Shown here: positions 1 through 20,329 of the stretch, piece by piece
How the letters are laid out: the number at the start of each line of letters is the position of its first letter
Numbering within the stretch: position 1 is the first letter of the stretch
Source: the human T2T-CHM13v2.0 reference genome, Homo sapiens
Length of the DNA: 64,000 nt
Strand: one strand, 5' to 3'
Assembly (NCBI RefSeq): GCF_009914755.1
Contig: NC_060925.1
Position numbers and translations under genes: made by a program
Notes under the pieces: model-generated
Databases searched by the model: none
What the model was told of the DNA's origin: nothing
The model's input: the letters and a program-made list of their open reading frames with translations, nothing else

Positions 1-103
1 GAGTTGGGAAGGTTCCCAAAGGCTAGACACAAGGTGGGAAAACCCCAGTGCCCCTTAAACAATGGCTAAGGAGGAAACCAGGACGGAATGAAGTAGAATG
101 CTA

Positions 104-430
<327 letters not shown>

Positions 431-1450
431 AGAAGGCATCAGCCATGGGGGTGTCACTTGTCTCTTGACTCCTTGCAGCCAGGGTTTCCAGGGACCAAGG
501 ATGAAACACAAATAGGCCTTCTGGTCCTACCCAGGAGATGCTGCTGAAGCTCCCCTAAACCAGAAAAAAGATCAGAGCTGCCCTGGCACCTGCCTGGGGG
601 CTTTGACCTAGATAGTTCGCTATTTTACACTATGTACTGATAAAAATAAAACTATTTGTCATACTGCATATTTTTTCTAAATATTTTCATTGTGAGAAGA
701 GAATGAGTAGAGATGAATAATGCAAGGGTTGCACGACAATGTGAATGTCGTCAGTGCCACTGACTGCACACTTCCAAATGGTTACGGTGGCGAATTTTAC
801 GTTACGTATATTTTATCACAATAAAGAACAGAGCAGGGAGAGAGAGAGAGAGAAAGGGAGAAGGAGAGGAGGAGAGAGAAGGCTTAGGAACGAGAGAGGC
901 CAGGGCTGAATGCTGGCCCTGCTATTGCTTGCTGTGTGGCTTTGGACTATCAGGAAGGGTTGTTGTGGAGATCTGGACCAGGGTCTGGCATTCAGTGGGC
1001 ACTAAACAAGTGGTTACTATTGTGAATGATCTTCATCGCCACGCAGCGTTTTTGGCAGAGCAGGGCCTCAGAGCAAGCGGAAGCAACTTGCTCCGGTCCA
1101 GAGGGCCATTCAGCCAGTCAATAATGAATCCCATAACTCCCAATTCAGTCCTTACATCAGGAAGCAGGCACACGCTAGGAACCAGGATTCCCAAATGCCT
1201 GCCCCAGAAGGGCCGTTTTGGCCAAGATACATGAAACCTGGCCCTGAGAAGGAGCCCTCCCTCTACTGGTGTCCACCCCTAATCAAGCCTCCCCTGGACC
1301 TCCCCCACCAGGGCCAGGGTCCCAAAGAGGGTAGGAGAGGCCTAAAGGGGTAAGGACTTGGCAGAGTTGGATGTAGAACAGCAGAGACTAGTCCCTGTTT
1401 CTGAAGGACATGGAGAAAGGAAGGCAGAAGAAACACAAGAAGGTCCTCAC

Positions 1451-2383
1451 CGGGGCTGCAGAAATCCGGCGGTTCTTGCCAGGCGTCGCATTCTTTCGGT
1501 TGCCATAGCGGGAGGCATAGGTGCGGGGGGGCACCTGAGGGGGCATAGTCTTGCTCCTGGCCACGGGTTTTCCAGAGGTGTCTTTGCTGAAGTCCAGCGG
1601 CCCTCGGCCCTCCTTCCAGCCCCTGGTGGCATCCCGCAACATCTCCGCATCATAGGTCGATTTCAAGTTGAGCCTAGTAATTGCATCATTGATACCATCA
1701 TAGTCCACAGACCCCAGTAGGCGCCCCTGACCCCCACCTCCCAGCACCTCTTCCTCTTCTAGGATCCGATGCTCTAGCAGTTTGCCTGGCAATTGTTCGA
1801 CCAAAGAGAAAGTGTTGATGTCACTGGGCTGGGAGATCTTGGAGGATGAGGGGGACCCCTTTCTGGGAGGCAGGGGAGGGGTATCCCAGATAGAAGCTCG
1901 GGGAGGCAGAGGAGGTGGGGATAGTTTCTTGCAAGAGCCCTCTATGTCCCCTGGTCCTGGGGACGAAGAGACTCCCCCATCTGAACCATCAAAAATGTAG
2001 AGATAGTCTCCAGACAGGGAGCCTTTGGGCCAGGGATCTGAGCCAGGCTGTGGCCCTTGGGAGGTAGAGTGGTTGGGCGGCCCTTCCTGTGGGGATAGTG
2101 AGTTGTAGTTAAGGGTAGGATCAGAGCCAGAGAGACCGCGTAACAGCTTGAGGTCGGTCCGCCTTCCTGCTGGCTTGCTGTAAAAGTCTACCCCAGGCTC
2201 ATCCCAGCTGATGAGAGAGGGGTCTGCGTTCTGCTTGGCTCTGTTCTCCTCCTTGTCATGCCGGAGCCGGGACAGGGCATCATACTCCATCTGCAGGGCT
2301 TCGGCCATCGCTAGCTCTTTGCGGCTGATGCCCACTGACTCCAGGGACTTCCAGTGTTCCCCATTGCCCTGAGTCGAAGACAT
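1451..2383 (-). CDS. PIK3C2B: PIK3C2B (class II PI3K C2-beta), first coding exon, residues 1-311
   Basis: Translation MSSTQGNGEHWKSLESVGISRKELAMAEALQMEY...ISAAP matches the recalled PI3K-C2beta N-terminus. It contains proline-rich SH3-ligand motifs (PPPLPPR, PPLPPRK, PPQVPPR) and RSKT279MP. ATG at 2383 sits in a caccATG context; donor CCG|GTGAGG at 1451/1450; 933 nt = 311 codons. Confidence 0.97.
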
Positions 2384-2467
2384 GGTGAGGATGGGGGACA
2401 CAGGCAACAAAGTCTCTACTTCCTGCCAACGTCAGTTCTGGAGGGTTGTGACATGGTGTCTGGGCGC
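2384..2467 (-). other. PIK3C2B: 5'UTR part (84 nt) of PIK3C2B first coding exon
   Basis: Acceptor ...ttttacccctcacctgcAG|gcgccc on the minus strand at 2468/2467. Confidence 0.85.
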
Positions 2468-2545
2468 CTGCAGGTGAGGGGTAAAAATATCAATCAGTCA
2501 CAAAGAGAGATTTACTAATCATCCATAATAATCCAATTTAGGTGA

Positions 2546-3048
<503 letters not shown>

Positions 3049-3109
3049 AAGAGGCACCTTCTATTAGCCAAGAAGAAGAGATGGAAGCAAAGCTTCTCCA
3101 GTCAATTTG

Positions 3110-4190
3110 AAGAGGACAGCTCTCATACACTACTGGTGGGGAATGTAAAATGGTACAACCACTTTGGAAAACAGGCAGGTTCTTAAAAAGGTCAACATAC
3201 ACCTAACACAGGATTCAACTATCACTCCTACTTATCCAAGGAAAATAAAAGCGTATGTCTACACAAAGACTTGTTCATGAATATCCACAGCAGCTTTATT
3301 TGTAATATCCCAAAATGTCCATCAACAGTGAATGGATTTTTAAAAATGTGATGTCTATACAATTGAATACTACTTGGCAATAAAAAGGAATGAATTATTG
3401 ACAAATGCAATAACAAGGCTAATCTTAAAATAGCTTTGCTGAGTAAAAGATGCCAGACAAAACAGTATGAGTACATATGATTCCATTTATATAAAATTCT
3501 GGAAAATGCAAACTGATCTATAATGACAGAAAGCAGATCAGCGGTATCTGGGGGACAGAGTGGAAAGAGGGGTGGATTACAACGGGACACAAGGGAACCT
3601 TTGGAGGTGATGAATATGTTCATTATCTTGATTGTGGTCATGGCTTCACTGGTATTCTCACATGATGGCTTCACTGGTATTCTCACATGATGGCTTCACT
3701 GGTATTCTCACATGATGGCTTCACTGGTATTCTCACATGATGGCTTCACTGGTATTCTCACATGATGGCTTCACTGGTATTCTCACATGATGGCTTCACT
3801 GGTATTCTCACATGATGGCTTCACTGGTATTCTCACATGATGGCTTCACTGGTATTCTCACATGATGGCTTCACTGGTATTCTCACATGATGGCTTCACT
3901 GGTATTCTCACATGATGGCTTCACTGGTATTCTCACATGATGGCTTCACTGGTATTCTCACATGATGGCTTCACTGGTATTCTCACATGATGGCTTCACT
4001 GGTATTCTCACATGATGGCTTCACTGGTATTCTCACATGATGGCTTCACTGGTATTCTCACATGATGGCTTCACTGGTATTCTCACATGATGGCTTCACT
4101 GGTATTCTCACATGTCAAAACTTATCAAATTACACACTTTCAATCTGTGTATTTTATTATATGTCAATTACACCTCAATAAAACTATAAA
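3110..4190 (+). mobile_element. Old L1M (L1MC/L1ME-like) 3' fragment, interrupted by the VNTR
   Basis: Typical L1 3' motifs (ggtgggaatgtaaaatggtacaaccactttggaaa; cattatcttgattgtggt ... tcaaaacttatcaaat ... cctcaataaa). Confidence 0.7.
3640..4114. repeat. Minisatellite/VNTR: 19 perfect copies of 25-bp unit ATGGCTTCACTGGTATTCTCACATG
   Basis: Read directly: 475 bp = 19 x 25, with no variant units seen. Confidence 0.97.
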
Positions 4191-4280
4191 TGAAAAGTAC
4201 AAGAGAACCCTGTGAAACGGACCTTGTAATTACTCAGCTTGCACTAGGATCCTCCCAAAATACACCAATATATAAAATAA

Positions 4281-4843
<563 letters not shown>

Positions 4844-4860
4844 GACTGGGGGAAGTTTTA

Positions 4861-5170
<310 letters not shown>

Positions 5171-6229
5171 AGTACTGAAGCCTGAATACTCTCAAGAGAT
5201 TCTGATTTAATTGCTCTGTGGTAGGGTAATGGTATTTTTTAAAAACTCCCCAGGAGATTCTAATGTGTAGCCCAACCTCAGAACTGTGGATCTATGAATG
5301 TGTGTTTGTGATTAGGTTGGGGGAGACCAGTGTGAAGTAGTCACTTCTGACTCTTAGCATCAGCAGCCAAGAGGTTGACAGTTTCATAAAAATTATCAGA
5401 AAATGTTCATTCTATTGTACTGCTTCACCCAACAGGTAACAAACATGAAATTACACCTCATGATTAGAATGTTGAAAACATCAATAGGAAAAAGGCTCAG
5501 ATAGACTCTTGGGTGGCAAGTTGCTTAGATTCAAAATAAGTTAGGTCAAAGGTATCCCTTACCCTGGGGTGCCCTCCCAGGACCCTGGTACATCTGTCAG
5601 GTATAGGCACAGGACCCTGGTCTGAAGGGTTCTGGCTCAGTGAATCTGACAACTATTGCACTTAGGAATTAGTTCACCAAGGACAGACCGGCCCAAGCCC
5701 AGCCTCAGAGTATCTAAAGCAGTTCACTGTTAACTTAATTTCTCTGCCTTTCCACAGCTCCTTACAGATCACTTTTTATCCACAGTGGGTATGAGGGAGT
5801 CTTGCTATTTGAAATTCAAAGGAGTAGCATAAGCAGATGGAGATATCCAGAACCTAGCTGCCTGGAGCTGGGAGACTAGTCCCAGGAAAAGGAGGGCCTA
5901 GTGCCTTATAGATAGGAGATACCAGATAAATGCTCAAAGTTGGATTGGGCTTAAGTATGTTAATCCAGAGAATGACTGTGTATTTTCAGCGCTGAGCTAG
6001 GACAAGCAGAGTATTAAGATTTGCCTTAGCAGGCACTATTGTGAGAAGGAAAATTCAGGCCATTGGAAATAATCTTTTTCAACTTCAAGCCTCTCTTCCA
6101 ACACCCACTTATGCATACTTGCACTCAGCTTCACTTTCTTCCTTTTGGCCCAGGGGAAGCAGATTCCTGCCTCCTGCTGAGGCACAATCCTCTTCTGCTC
6201 TTGCCCCATCCACTTCATCTCTAGGATAA

Positions 6230-7650
<1,421 letters not shown>

Positions 7651-8670
7651 ATGTGATACCTCCGTGACTTGGTTCAAATTGTTCCAATTTGCTATTTGCT
7701 ATTGGCTCCCAATAGCAACCAGTGTATATCTCAAACACAGGCTTAAGATATTTTATTCAAAATTGACATGTTTATGGATCCATCACCCCTACTATGTTCC
7801 TCAAGTTCCAAATTCCCATCATTTCCACTGAGCTTGAACTGGAATGTCAGGGCAGAACCTTCTGGGAGGTGGGGAATTTTCAGACATGGAGATGGGTGGT
7901 CAGGATGTAGGTGGTGTGCTCCTTAGTATCCTTCAGACACAGGACTGGGTTTTGGAACTAACCAGGTTGGATTGGCATCTGTAAGGCAGGGGCAAGGATG
8001 GCAAGAAAACCACACACAGTCCCTTCCAGCTCTGGGATTCCTTGATTCCAACCTACTGATTCCTTAGGTCAAATCTCTCAGAGGACTCCAAAGTCACAGG
8101 AAAGAGAAGGAAAGGTCCCAGGGTGATCCAAGCAGGCACTGTTCCTGAAGCTCTTCCCAGACTGGAATTCAGACAGAGGAAAGGCGAGCTACCCCTCTCT
8201 AACCACCATCCTCCTGGCTCTGGGCCAGGCCACCACTAGACTGTCTCAGCCACACAGGGAAGGAAGCCCACCCCTCTGACAGATCTCACGCCCAGGGCCA
8301 CACTGGCAATGCTCCTCCCAAAGGCTCAGCACTCAGCTCACTATGATGCTGAGAGGTGGCAGTGAGGAAATGGGACAAACAGCATCCCCCACAGGACCAA
8401 GAAGGCCACCCCCAAGGTGAAGCGAAGGTTCAGAGAGCAGCAGCCAGACACGAGGGAACTCCAGAGATGGAAACACAGGAGCAACCAGTCCCAGCGACCT
8501 TGAAACACAGCGACCTGGCTTCCTCTAAAAATTCAAGCCCTAGATTTCATTTTCCAGGACTAGAGGACACGCAGAAAGTATTTTAGGAATCAGGGTTTCA
8601 TGTTTCCTGCCTCCCCACTTCCCCAATTCAGTTCTCTCTCTGTCAGGCTCTACATTAGAAATTGCTCTAG

Positions 8671-8930
8671 GGCCAGGCGTGGTGGCTCATGTCTGTAATC
8701 CCAAGGACTTTGGGAAGCCGAGGCGGGGGGATTGCTTGAGCCCAGGGTTCAAGACCATCCCTATGGGGGGAAAAAAAATTAGCTGGGTGTGGTGGCATGG
8801 ACCTATAGTCCCAGCTACTGGGAAGGGTTAAGTGGATGGATCGTTTGGACCTGGGAGTTTGAGGCTACAGTGAGCCGTGATCGTGCCATTGCACTCCAGT
8901 CTGAGTGACAGAGACCCTGTCTCAAATTAA
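8671..8930 (+). mobile_element. AluJ-like
   Basis: Diverged dimer. Confidence 0.8.
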
Positions 8931-11900
8931 ATTAAATTAAATTTAAATTTAAATTAAGATTGCTCCATTCCCTTAGTCTTCAAGGGCTACTAGGGATTCT
9001 GTATAAAAACAAATAGCCATGTCGGTCCCTTGAAAGAGGAAGGGTAGATCAGGGCCTGCGTCTCTGCTACTCTGCAGCCCATCCAGGGAGAGATGGCTGG
9101 GGCCAATGCCACTATGTCACACAACTCTAGGGGGCACCCCACACATTGTATTCTATGTGAATGATACCCCCGACCACAAAAATGAAAACCATGTGAATGG
9201 TGCCTCCTGGAGTTATACACCTTGGTGGTTCAGGCTGCGTTCTCTCCTAATGTCCACCTCTTAGAAAACAGATGGAAATCGTCCAGAAGGTCTGTTACAG
9301 CCAGTTTTCTTTCACCACCTGCCTGCAATAATTGTTAACATTTCTCCACATTTGCTCTCTTTCTTGCTCTGCTTTACCATTTAAAAGTAAGATGCCCTTT
9401 GCAAAGTGTTTGTAAGAAACACTTTGCCTCTAAAAACTTCAGCCTGAATCTCTAAGAGCAAGGGCATTCTCCTATGTAAAACACAATGCCATGAGCACAC
9501 CCACAAAACTTAACATTGACAACAATAATATTATCTAATGCACACTCCACATTTGAGTGACCGCAACTGTCATCTGCGAAGCTTTAAAAATATACACATT
9601 CCCGACCTCTCCTCTGGAAGTTCTGACTCAGTAGGGTGAGTCCCTGGATGCTGGATGCTTCAGTAGCCCCTAAAGTGATTCAAATGTGCAGCCAGGTTTG
9701 ACCCCACAGAAGAGGGTTTCAGAACTCTCAGGAAGACAAGAAGACCTGGGTAGAGGCACCCCAAAAAGCACCAGTCAGCTGAAGAAACAAGAGGACATGC
9801 CTATGGCCAAGCAGGTCGGTGCCAGGGTCTGAGCTGCACCAGGCACCAAACTCAGTCTCACAGCTGCCCACAGATGGCTGAGGGCTAGCCGGGGAGGAAA
9901 TGGGGTCAGGACAGAGTGACACAATGGTTCAGAGTCAAAGGGTGGAAAGAAAGGAGAGGGCACTCCCTCCAGTGGAGCTGGCTCTGTTTAGTCCCTGTGC
10001 CAGAGAGGGAGGAGCCCAGGGGCCACCACTGGAGCCAGTGGGTGGTGAGGGTTCCTGCTGTCTTGCTGGAAGGCACCCTAACAGAATTGTTCTCCTTGGG
10101 ACTGGGAGAATCTAGAGGGGTCTGGGTCATCTCTTCCCCATACCCTGAGCCACAGATTGGATCCCAAAGGGTGTTGAGTACCAGCTACATGCCAGGCCAG
10201 GCACATACATATCTAAAGACTACAAGTATTCAGATGACTATGGCACAATTCCAGGGAGCTTACAATCTAGCAAAGGTGGCAGACACATACATAAAGAATT
10301 CAATCCCCTCTTGGGGTGTAAAGCAGGAAGCAAGAAGGTACTGCATGTCTTGGACCATCTTCAGTGGGCAGGGAAAATGGAAAGCTCTCAAGCAAGGCGG
10401 TGAAGAATATGCAGGGTTTCAAGCCCCCAGTCTTGGGCATCCTGATTTTCAGTAGATTTTACTAAGGGAAGAGACTCAGCTCTAGGACTTCCCCAGGAAG
10501 GGACCCTCAGCACTTCCCCTAAGGACAGGCAGGGTCAGGGAGTCAGAGGCCATTAGGACTTAAACCCTTTGGTGTCCAGGTTTTTCTCTTCAGAGAGGAC
10601 CTCCACTTCTGTCCATCCCCCAGCACCCACACTCACCCATACCCCCAATCCCACCTCCTTTGCAGCCAGGGACCCTGCCTCGCATCTCACTCCACACACA
10701 TGCCGCTGGCTCCAACTGCCCCTCCCACAGCCCGGCTCTAACAGGGAACATCAACACACTGCCAGGAATCCGACTCCTACAGCAGGGAGGTGTATTAAGG
10801 TCAAGCAAGCCGGCTCCCCCAGCCTCCAACAGATGTGCATCTGATCCCTGCTTCCTTATGGAAAACCCACAGGTTGTATACAGCTCTATAAGCTTTTTTG
10901 ATGGCAGGTCTATTACAGAATCACATGCATCCATAAGGTCTTTCTCTTCTCTAGTGTGCGTGCCCTCTGGGTGCCTCTCATCTAGTTCCAAATGTGAGAA
11001 GACAAAATAACAGCTTGTGTTTTCTTCCCACTTATACATCCCCTCTCTAGTGACCTCTATAGCTAAACTAAAGCAGCCGCACATGGTCTGGCATTTCCTA
11101 CCAGGACTTACTCTCCATTATTCTACTCTCTGGGCATACCATACCCTGGACTCTCCATTAATTTGAAGCCAAAGTGCACACAAGAGTTTAGTGGAAGTCT
11201 TTCTGGGTCCTAGACAATCAGAGGGACAGAAGCTTGGAGCCTGTGGGACACAGCTACATAAAGTCAGGTCTGCATGCACTGCTGACTCCAACTCAGAGAC
11301 CCCGATTCTAGCTCAGAAACCATTTGGTCTCATGCACACACATAGAATCCTTGGAGATCATAGCTCCTGCTACATACCCTGTAGACTGTGGGCTCTGTGT
11401 TATGAGGAGACCAGGATGGAAGAGGTGAGGCAGCTTGTGGCTCCTCTAAAAACTTTCCTTCCTCTAGAGCTGGCAATTTTGATTGCAGGGTCAGGAACCA
11501 GAAGCTGGCAATCAACTGAATGGAACATTTGGCAAAGAAGGAAGAAAAGCTTTGGCAGTACGTGTATTTCTAACCCAGGAATCATCCCAGGAGCCAGAGC
11601 AGCCACATCTCTGTCTGGTTCCTACTTCCTGCTTCCTCCTCCCCTCTTCCCTCACCCAAGAACCAATCCTTCTCATCCAGTTCACCCCAGGTTCCCTCTA
11701 AGGGCATGGTAGTTATGAGGGACTCCTCCAGCTTTCTTGGCCTTCCAGAGAAAGGTAGGGGGACAGGGAAGGTCCCAGGATGACCTCCCCTGACCAACCT
11801 TGGCCTCCAGCTGAGGAGACCACCGAGGGAACTTCTTTACACACAACTTTCACACCAGCCCATCCTGTATCAGAAAAACAACCACAGAATTTCCAAAAAG

Positions 11901-13653
11901 CAACACCTAGGAAACCCTAAACGCTCTGAAAATACTGTAGATGCTGTGAAGTATAAACAAAGGTCCTCTGAAAGAGGACACAGAAAATGGGTGGAGTTAG
12001 AGACGAAGACACAGTAGCTCTCTTTAGGCCTGGCCTCCCCCATCTACCATCCTCCTCAGCTTTGCCTCGATACAGCATTTGCTTCCTATAAACTGAGGTC
12101 TTCTGCAAGGCCCAGATTGTCACCACTGTCACCTCCAGCCTCAGTTCAGCTTCCTTAGCTCATGCCCTTGGGAATCCAGTTCTGCAGGATTCATTCCTGT
12201 GTGGGTGGGGAAAACTCCCTGGAGGATGCCAGCCTGTTCAGCAGAGTCCATAAAGCAAGTCCCAGCTGTTCCCATCCAGCCAGGGCACCAAAGTGAGGAA
12301 ACAACATAACAACAAGGCTCTGCTCTGCCTGGAGGGCTCATCAGAGAGAGGACAGGAGAGGCCACGGCAGAGGAGCTGCCTCCGCAGGTCTTCTGCACTG
12401 GGCTCGGCGGGGCCGGGCTAACCCATCCAGGTCTGCAAGGAGCAAGGAGGCAGTGTGGAGGCGTACTTCAAACGAGGGCCCAGCCCCATTCCAAGGGGAT
12501 GAGGATGTACGTCGGGGTAACTGCAGAGGCACTGGACTGACCAGAGAGCACTGAATAATGCCAGTGAGACCATCCTCCAGAAGGAAGACATCCTTGCTGG
12601 GCTGACACTGGCTTTTTGAGCAAGCGTCTCCAATTTGTTCAATTATAATGATTGTTAGGGTGCTTTCTGGTAGCACCTTTCTCAGATGTCCAAAAGGTTC
12701 TCTCTGGTCTTGAAGACAGGGTCCTCCTTTCTGTCCCAGATGAGAGGGAGGACCACTCAGGCTAAGTGACTTTGTACTGTCTCTCCTACTGGAGCTGTTC
12801 CAGAGTTGGGAAAAGATTGTAGACCCGATGAAGGGAGGCTGGCATGGTGGGAATACTCAGAAACACTCTTGGCCCCAGCCCTGTGCTCTCCCCTGCAAGT
12901 ATACACTCAGCACAGATATGCCAGAGCCCCAGTACCCAGAAGGATCACACACATAAGAGTAGAGGAGGCAGGGCCAGCAGCTCCCAGGTGGTGGTGCTGT
13001 CTGTGGGGAGGATGGGGGTGACTGCCTGTAAGCCTGGGTGCAGGAGCCAATGGGCAGGGCCAGGCTGTGTGGGTGGTGGGCTGCCGGCAGCTGACAGCCA
13101 CCTGCTCAGCTCTGAGAAGGGCCAAAGGAAGTCAAGCAGAAAAAGGCAGAGCCAGCCATTCATGGGAACCGGCTAAGGCGCCGACCAGCCCCCGCGCCAT
13201 GCTTCTTTCTTCCCTTGGGATAGGAAGGCTCTCCACCACGTGCCCACAGCCCAGCCCACTGTCCCTGTGCCATCGTGGTGTTCCTCAACCAGCAAGCTAG
13301 ACTCAGAGTCTAATGATAAAGCAGGATATCTTCAGTTAATGCTAACTCCTCAAATATCAAGGCAATCCCTAATAGATTACAGTCACTCTTGGGGGCCTGA
13401 AGCCATAGGGATCACACAAACCATGTGTAACCCCCAACCCCTCCACATACTTTTCCCCCTGCACCCCACACACACATCTATGTCTCCCCGCTACATACAC
13501 ACCACACACCTCCCATGCTTATCCCATACCCCTCACACCCTCCCCATACACACCCTACTCTCCCCCGACACACACCCTCCTGCTCACTCACTCCCTCACC
13601 AGCTCTCCCAGAAGAGAAGAGAGGAAGCTGGCCTAGACCCATAAGGTCACATT

Positions 13654-13938
13654 CTTTTTTTTTTTTTTTTTTTGAGACATAGTCTCGCTCTGTCGCCCAG
13701 GCTGAGTGCAGTGGCGTGATCTCCGCTCACTGCAACCTCCACCTCCCAGGTTGAAGCAATTCTCTGCCTCAGCTTCCTGAACCACAGGCACCCGCCACCA
13801 TGCCCAGCTAATTTTTTGTATTTTTAGTAGACACGGGGTTTCATCATGTTAGCCAGGATGGTCTCGATCTCCTGACCTCATGATCCACCTGCCTGGGCCT
13901 CCCAAAGTGCTGGGATTACAGGCATGAGCCACCACGCC
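13654..13938 (-). mobile_element. AluS
   Basis: TSD AGGTCACATTCT. Confidence 0.88.
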
Positions 13939-14888
13939 GAGGTCACATTCTTAGTGTCACTGGCAAAGAAGTCTGAGAAAAAAGGTTAAACCCAGAAGAA
14001 AAAGGAAAACAGGCCCTCTCAGCACCAGGGGGCAGCTCCGGCCCTTCCCCAAGCAGGCTGTTCTCTGCGTTCCAGCAGGCTGAGGGCACTCAGGCAAAGA
14101 GAATGCCACAGAAGGAGCCTCAGGCAGAAGAGCTTCACAAGAGCCCTCTCCCAAATGCCCCCAGGCCTTCTGGCAGGCCCCCCAGGGTGGCCGGTCATTC
14201 CCTAAATCAGGAAGGTGTAAAGAAGCCGTGGGGTCCCCACAGACCAGGGTAGGAAAGGAAAGGGACACCGGTTTTCAAGCAGTTCCAGTCTTTCAATCCA
14301 GAGAAAAACAGAAAAATGAAACACCCCTAAACATCTGATACTCACTTACACAGGGGTGTGAGAGGTCAAGGTGTTAGTCCCTCCCAGGGCCATTTGCATT
14401 AAAAAGCAGAATCTAAGGAGGGGAGCACCCAACCCAACAGGCCCTGGAAATGGTAAGACTTCTATTTTCCCAGGGAGGAATGAGCCATGAAAAGACGGGG
14501 GGGGGGGGTGCTCTCTAATGTTAGGCCCCATAGCTCCATGGCCTCCCCCTGGTCTCTGCTCCTGAGTGTAGGAACCTCTTGCCCCTCTAGAGTACAGTCC
14601 CCACAATGCTGCCCACTGGGCAGCCTGCCCCTTTAAGGCACTGACCCCTCCAAACCCTGGCCTTGGCTATTCTTAGCCCAGGTTGATCCAGGTGGCCACG
14701 GTCCTCTGCCTACAGCCATGCAGTTCCCAAGCTGGGAGCCTCCATTCTTCCTGGTAGCAGGCCAGAAGGATATCCTGCTCCAGGGTCAGTCAAGGACACT
14801 GAACCCAGCCGGAAGACCAAGGATTCTACTTTAGCCAGGTCAAAGGAGAAACCCTACTCAGGATGCAACGCCTTAAGAGAGAACTGAA

Positions 14889-15785
<897 letters not shown>

Positions 15786-16837
15786 CGATCTTCAGAAGCC
15801 TTCCCTGGTTAAGCCTTCCAATATCTCCTCACTTTTATTCTCAGTGTCTCCTTAATACCCTGATACTCTGTTTCACACTGATAAAAATGGTGGCCCTGTC
15901 GCCTGGGGAACAAGAGCAACGCTTTTGCTTTGGATATTAACTGACCATTTTTGCATCTCTGTGCATGGAATGGTTATGGGTCATGAAGATTTTGAAAAAA
16001 GAAAGTGACTTTAGCGAGGGGGAGGGGTATAGAGCAAAGAATCATGTCAATTAGTTTTGATGTTGCTTTGTACATGCCCTGATGCCTTTCTCCGATCTCT
16101 TATCCCCCCAGTTTGCACAGGAAGGTCCCAAGAGAGACAGATGTCCTTAAGACAGAACCTAAGTCTACACTAAGCAAAGGGTGAACCACTGGCACAGTAT
16201 AGCATGCTCACATTCCACCAGCCCCTTGCCCATGTGACCCTCGCCCAGTGTCTCCCAGGGTAGCAACAGTCAGAGGTCATTCTCAGCAGGGATTCACTGA
16301 CTGCTTAAGCTGGATGAGCGACCAGGGTGTGACCGTGTAAGCATCCGGCACCAACAGTCCATAGGAACTGTGTCGAAACACCTTTCCCGTGTATGTGCCA
16401 TTTCAAGGTCTGTGAAACTAGTACAGCCCACTGTAGCAACGGGAGTGAGGGTGTTACACTTTGTGCTGGTGAAAGGGAAAGAGAAGGAAGGCAGAGAAGT
16501 GGGGAGACAGGAGGGAAGACTACATGCATATGAGCATCACAGAAATAGAAGGAAGGAAATATACCTTTTTTTCCCCCCTCTGGTATTTTGTGCCAGGTAT
16601 TGTCTTATTTAGTCCTCACAACAATCCTTAAATGTGGATGTTATCATCCTTCTTTTATGGAAGAGGAAAGTAGAAAACAGGAAAGGGATGCAATAATTGG
16701 CCCAAAGGTCACACAACTTGTAAATGATAAAATCAAGAGTTAAACTGAAATGTGTGTGAGCCCAAACTTCATGGTCTTTTTCCCATCCTGTTGTGGAAAC
16801 CCAGGCACATCACATTTGATTAAGTGTTTAAGCTGAT

Positions 16838-17153
<316 letters not shown>

Positions 17154-17420
17154 CTAGAACACCTCCATGCTCTCCACACCCCCATCCCAGAACATTTCAC
17201 TCTCCCAGGCCACTCAAAAAAATAAACATAAAAATAAACAAACAAGCAAAGCAAACAAACACACCCCACAGTTTGGTAGACAAGAGAACCAATGAGCAAG
17301 GGGCACTGTGTGAAGTCATATAGCTGGTCAGTGATAGAGGTGAGACCAGAAGTGGGAGTCCAGGTCCTTAGACTCCCTCTCCAGTGCTCTTCCCAGGCTG
17401 AGCTATAACCAGTCTTCCAG

Positions 17421-19680
<2,260 letters not shown>

Positions 19681-20329
19681 CGTTCCATTGCTCAAGATGA
19701 ACATTCTTACTTTTATCATTTCAACATGTATCTACAAACATCTCATTACATACAAAACATTCTTTTCCACTAAGCCTTTAAACCGCATGGATTACCTCGT
19801 ATTTATCTTTGTCTCCCCCAGGATACTTAGCACAATGTTTTACACGAAGTACATGCTCCAGTACAGAACTGTTAATACTGTGTTCTCAGCGTGGTCTGAC
19901 CAACCCAGAGGAGAAGAGTTAACAGCTCCTCATCATAGGATCAGAGGTTTGGAGGCTGTTTGAAGGCAAAATTGTAATGTATTTTTCCAAGTAGACACCC
20001 CACAGCATTTATCAGATTCTTAAGTTTAGAGATCTCCAAAATAATAAACACCACAGTTCTAGTTTCTATAATCTCTAGGAAATGCTGCCTAAGACTATAT
20101 ATTAAGACGCTGGGAAATGCTGCCTAAGACTGTATATATATAACTCTTGGGGCACCTTATCACAATCGATTCATATTGAGCTTATAGGATTACCCCACTC
20201 CATGAAGAAACTCATCCATTTACCTGCATTTTGGGGGGGAGGGGGGTGCAATGTGGTTCCCTCAAGGTCAGGGACCACACTCAATTCAAGGTTGTATTCC
20301 TAGAATTTAGCACAAACCTGCTATTGAGG

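Noticed and set aside
1388-1450. C-terminal VRTFLCFFCLPFSMSFRNRD and N-terminal MLPVSPILT of the 340-aa ORF
   Set aside because: The C-terminal part is intron read-through past the GTGAGG donor, and the N-terminal part starts at a TTG in the 5'UTR. No nearby poly(A) signal was seen to support a truncated isoform.
3640-4114. CRISPR-like appearance of the 25-bp repeat array
   Set aside because: Units are head-to-tail with no unique spacers, there are no cas genes, and the DNA is human. It is a minisatellite.
9916-12676. Several 110-180-aa ORFs in repeat-poor intronic sequence
   Set aside because: No recognisable homology, domain or consistent splice structure; likely chance ORFs.
14497-14508. 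G12 homopolymer
   Set aside because: An isolated mononucleotide run; G-quadruplex potential alone is not informative.
20078-20140. 35-bp-period tandem duplication (ggaaatgctgcctaagact), with a similar small duplication at ~17725-17845
   Set aside because: Ordinary slippage-type micro-duplications with no functional signal.
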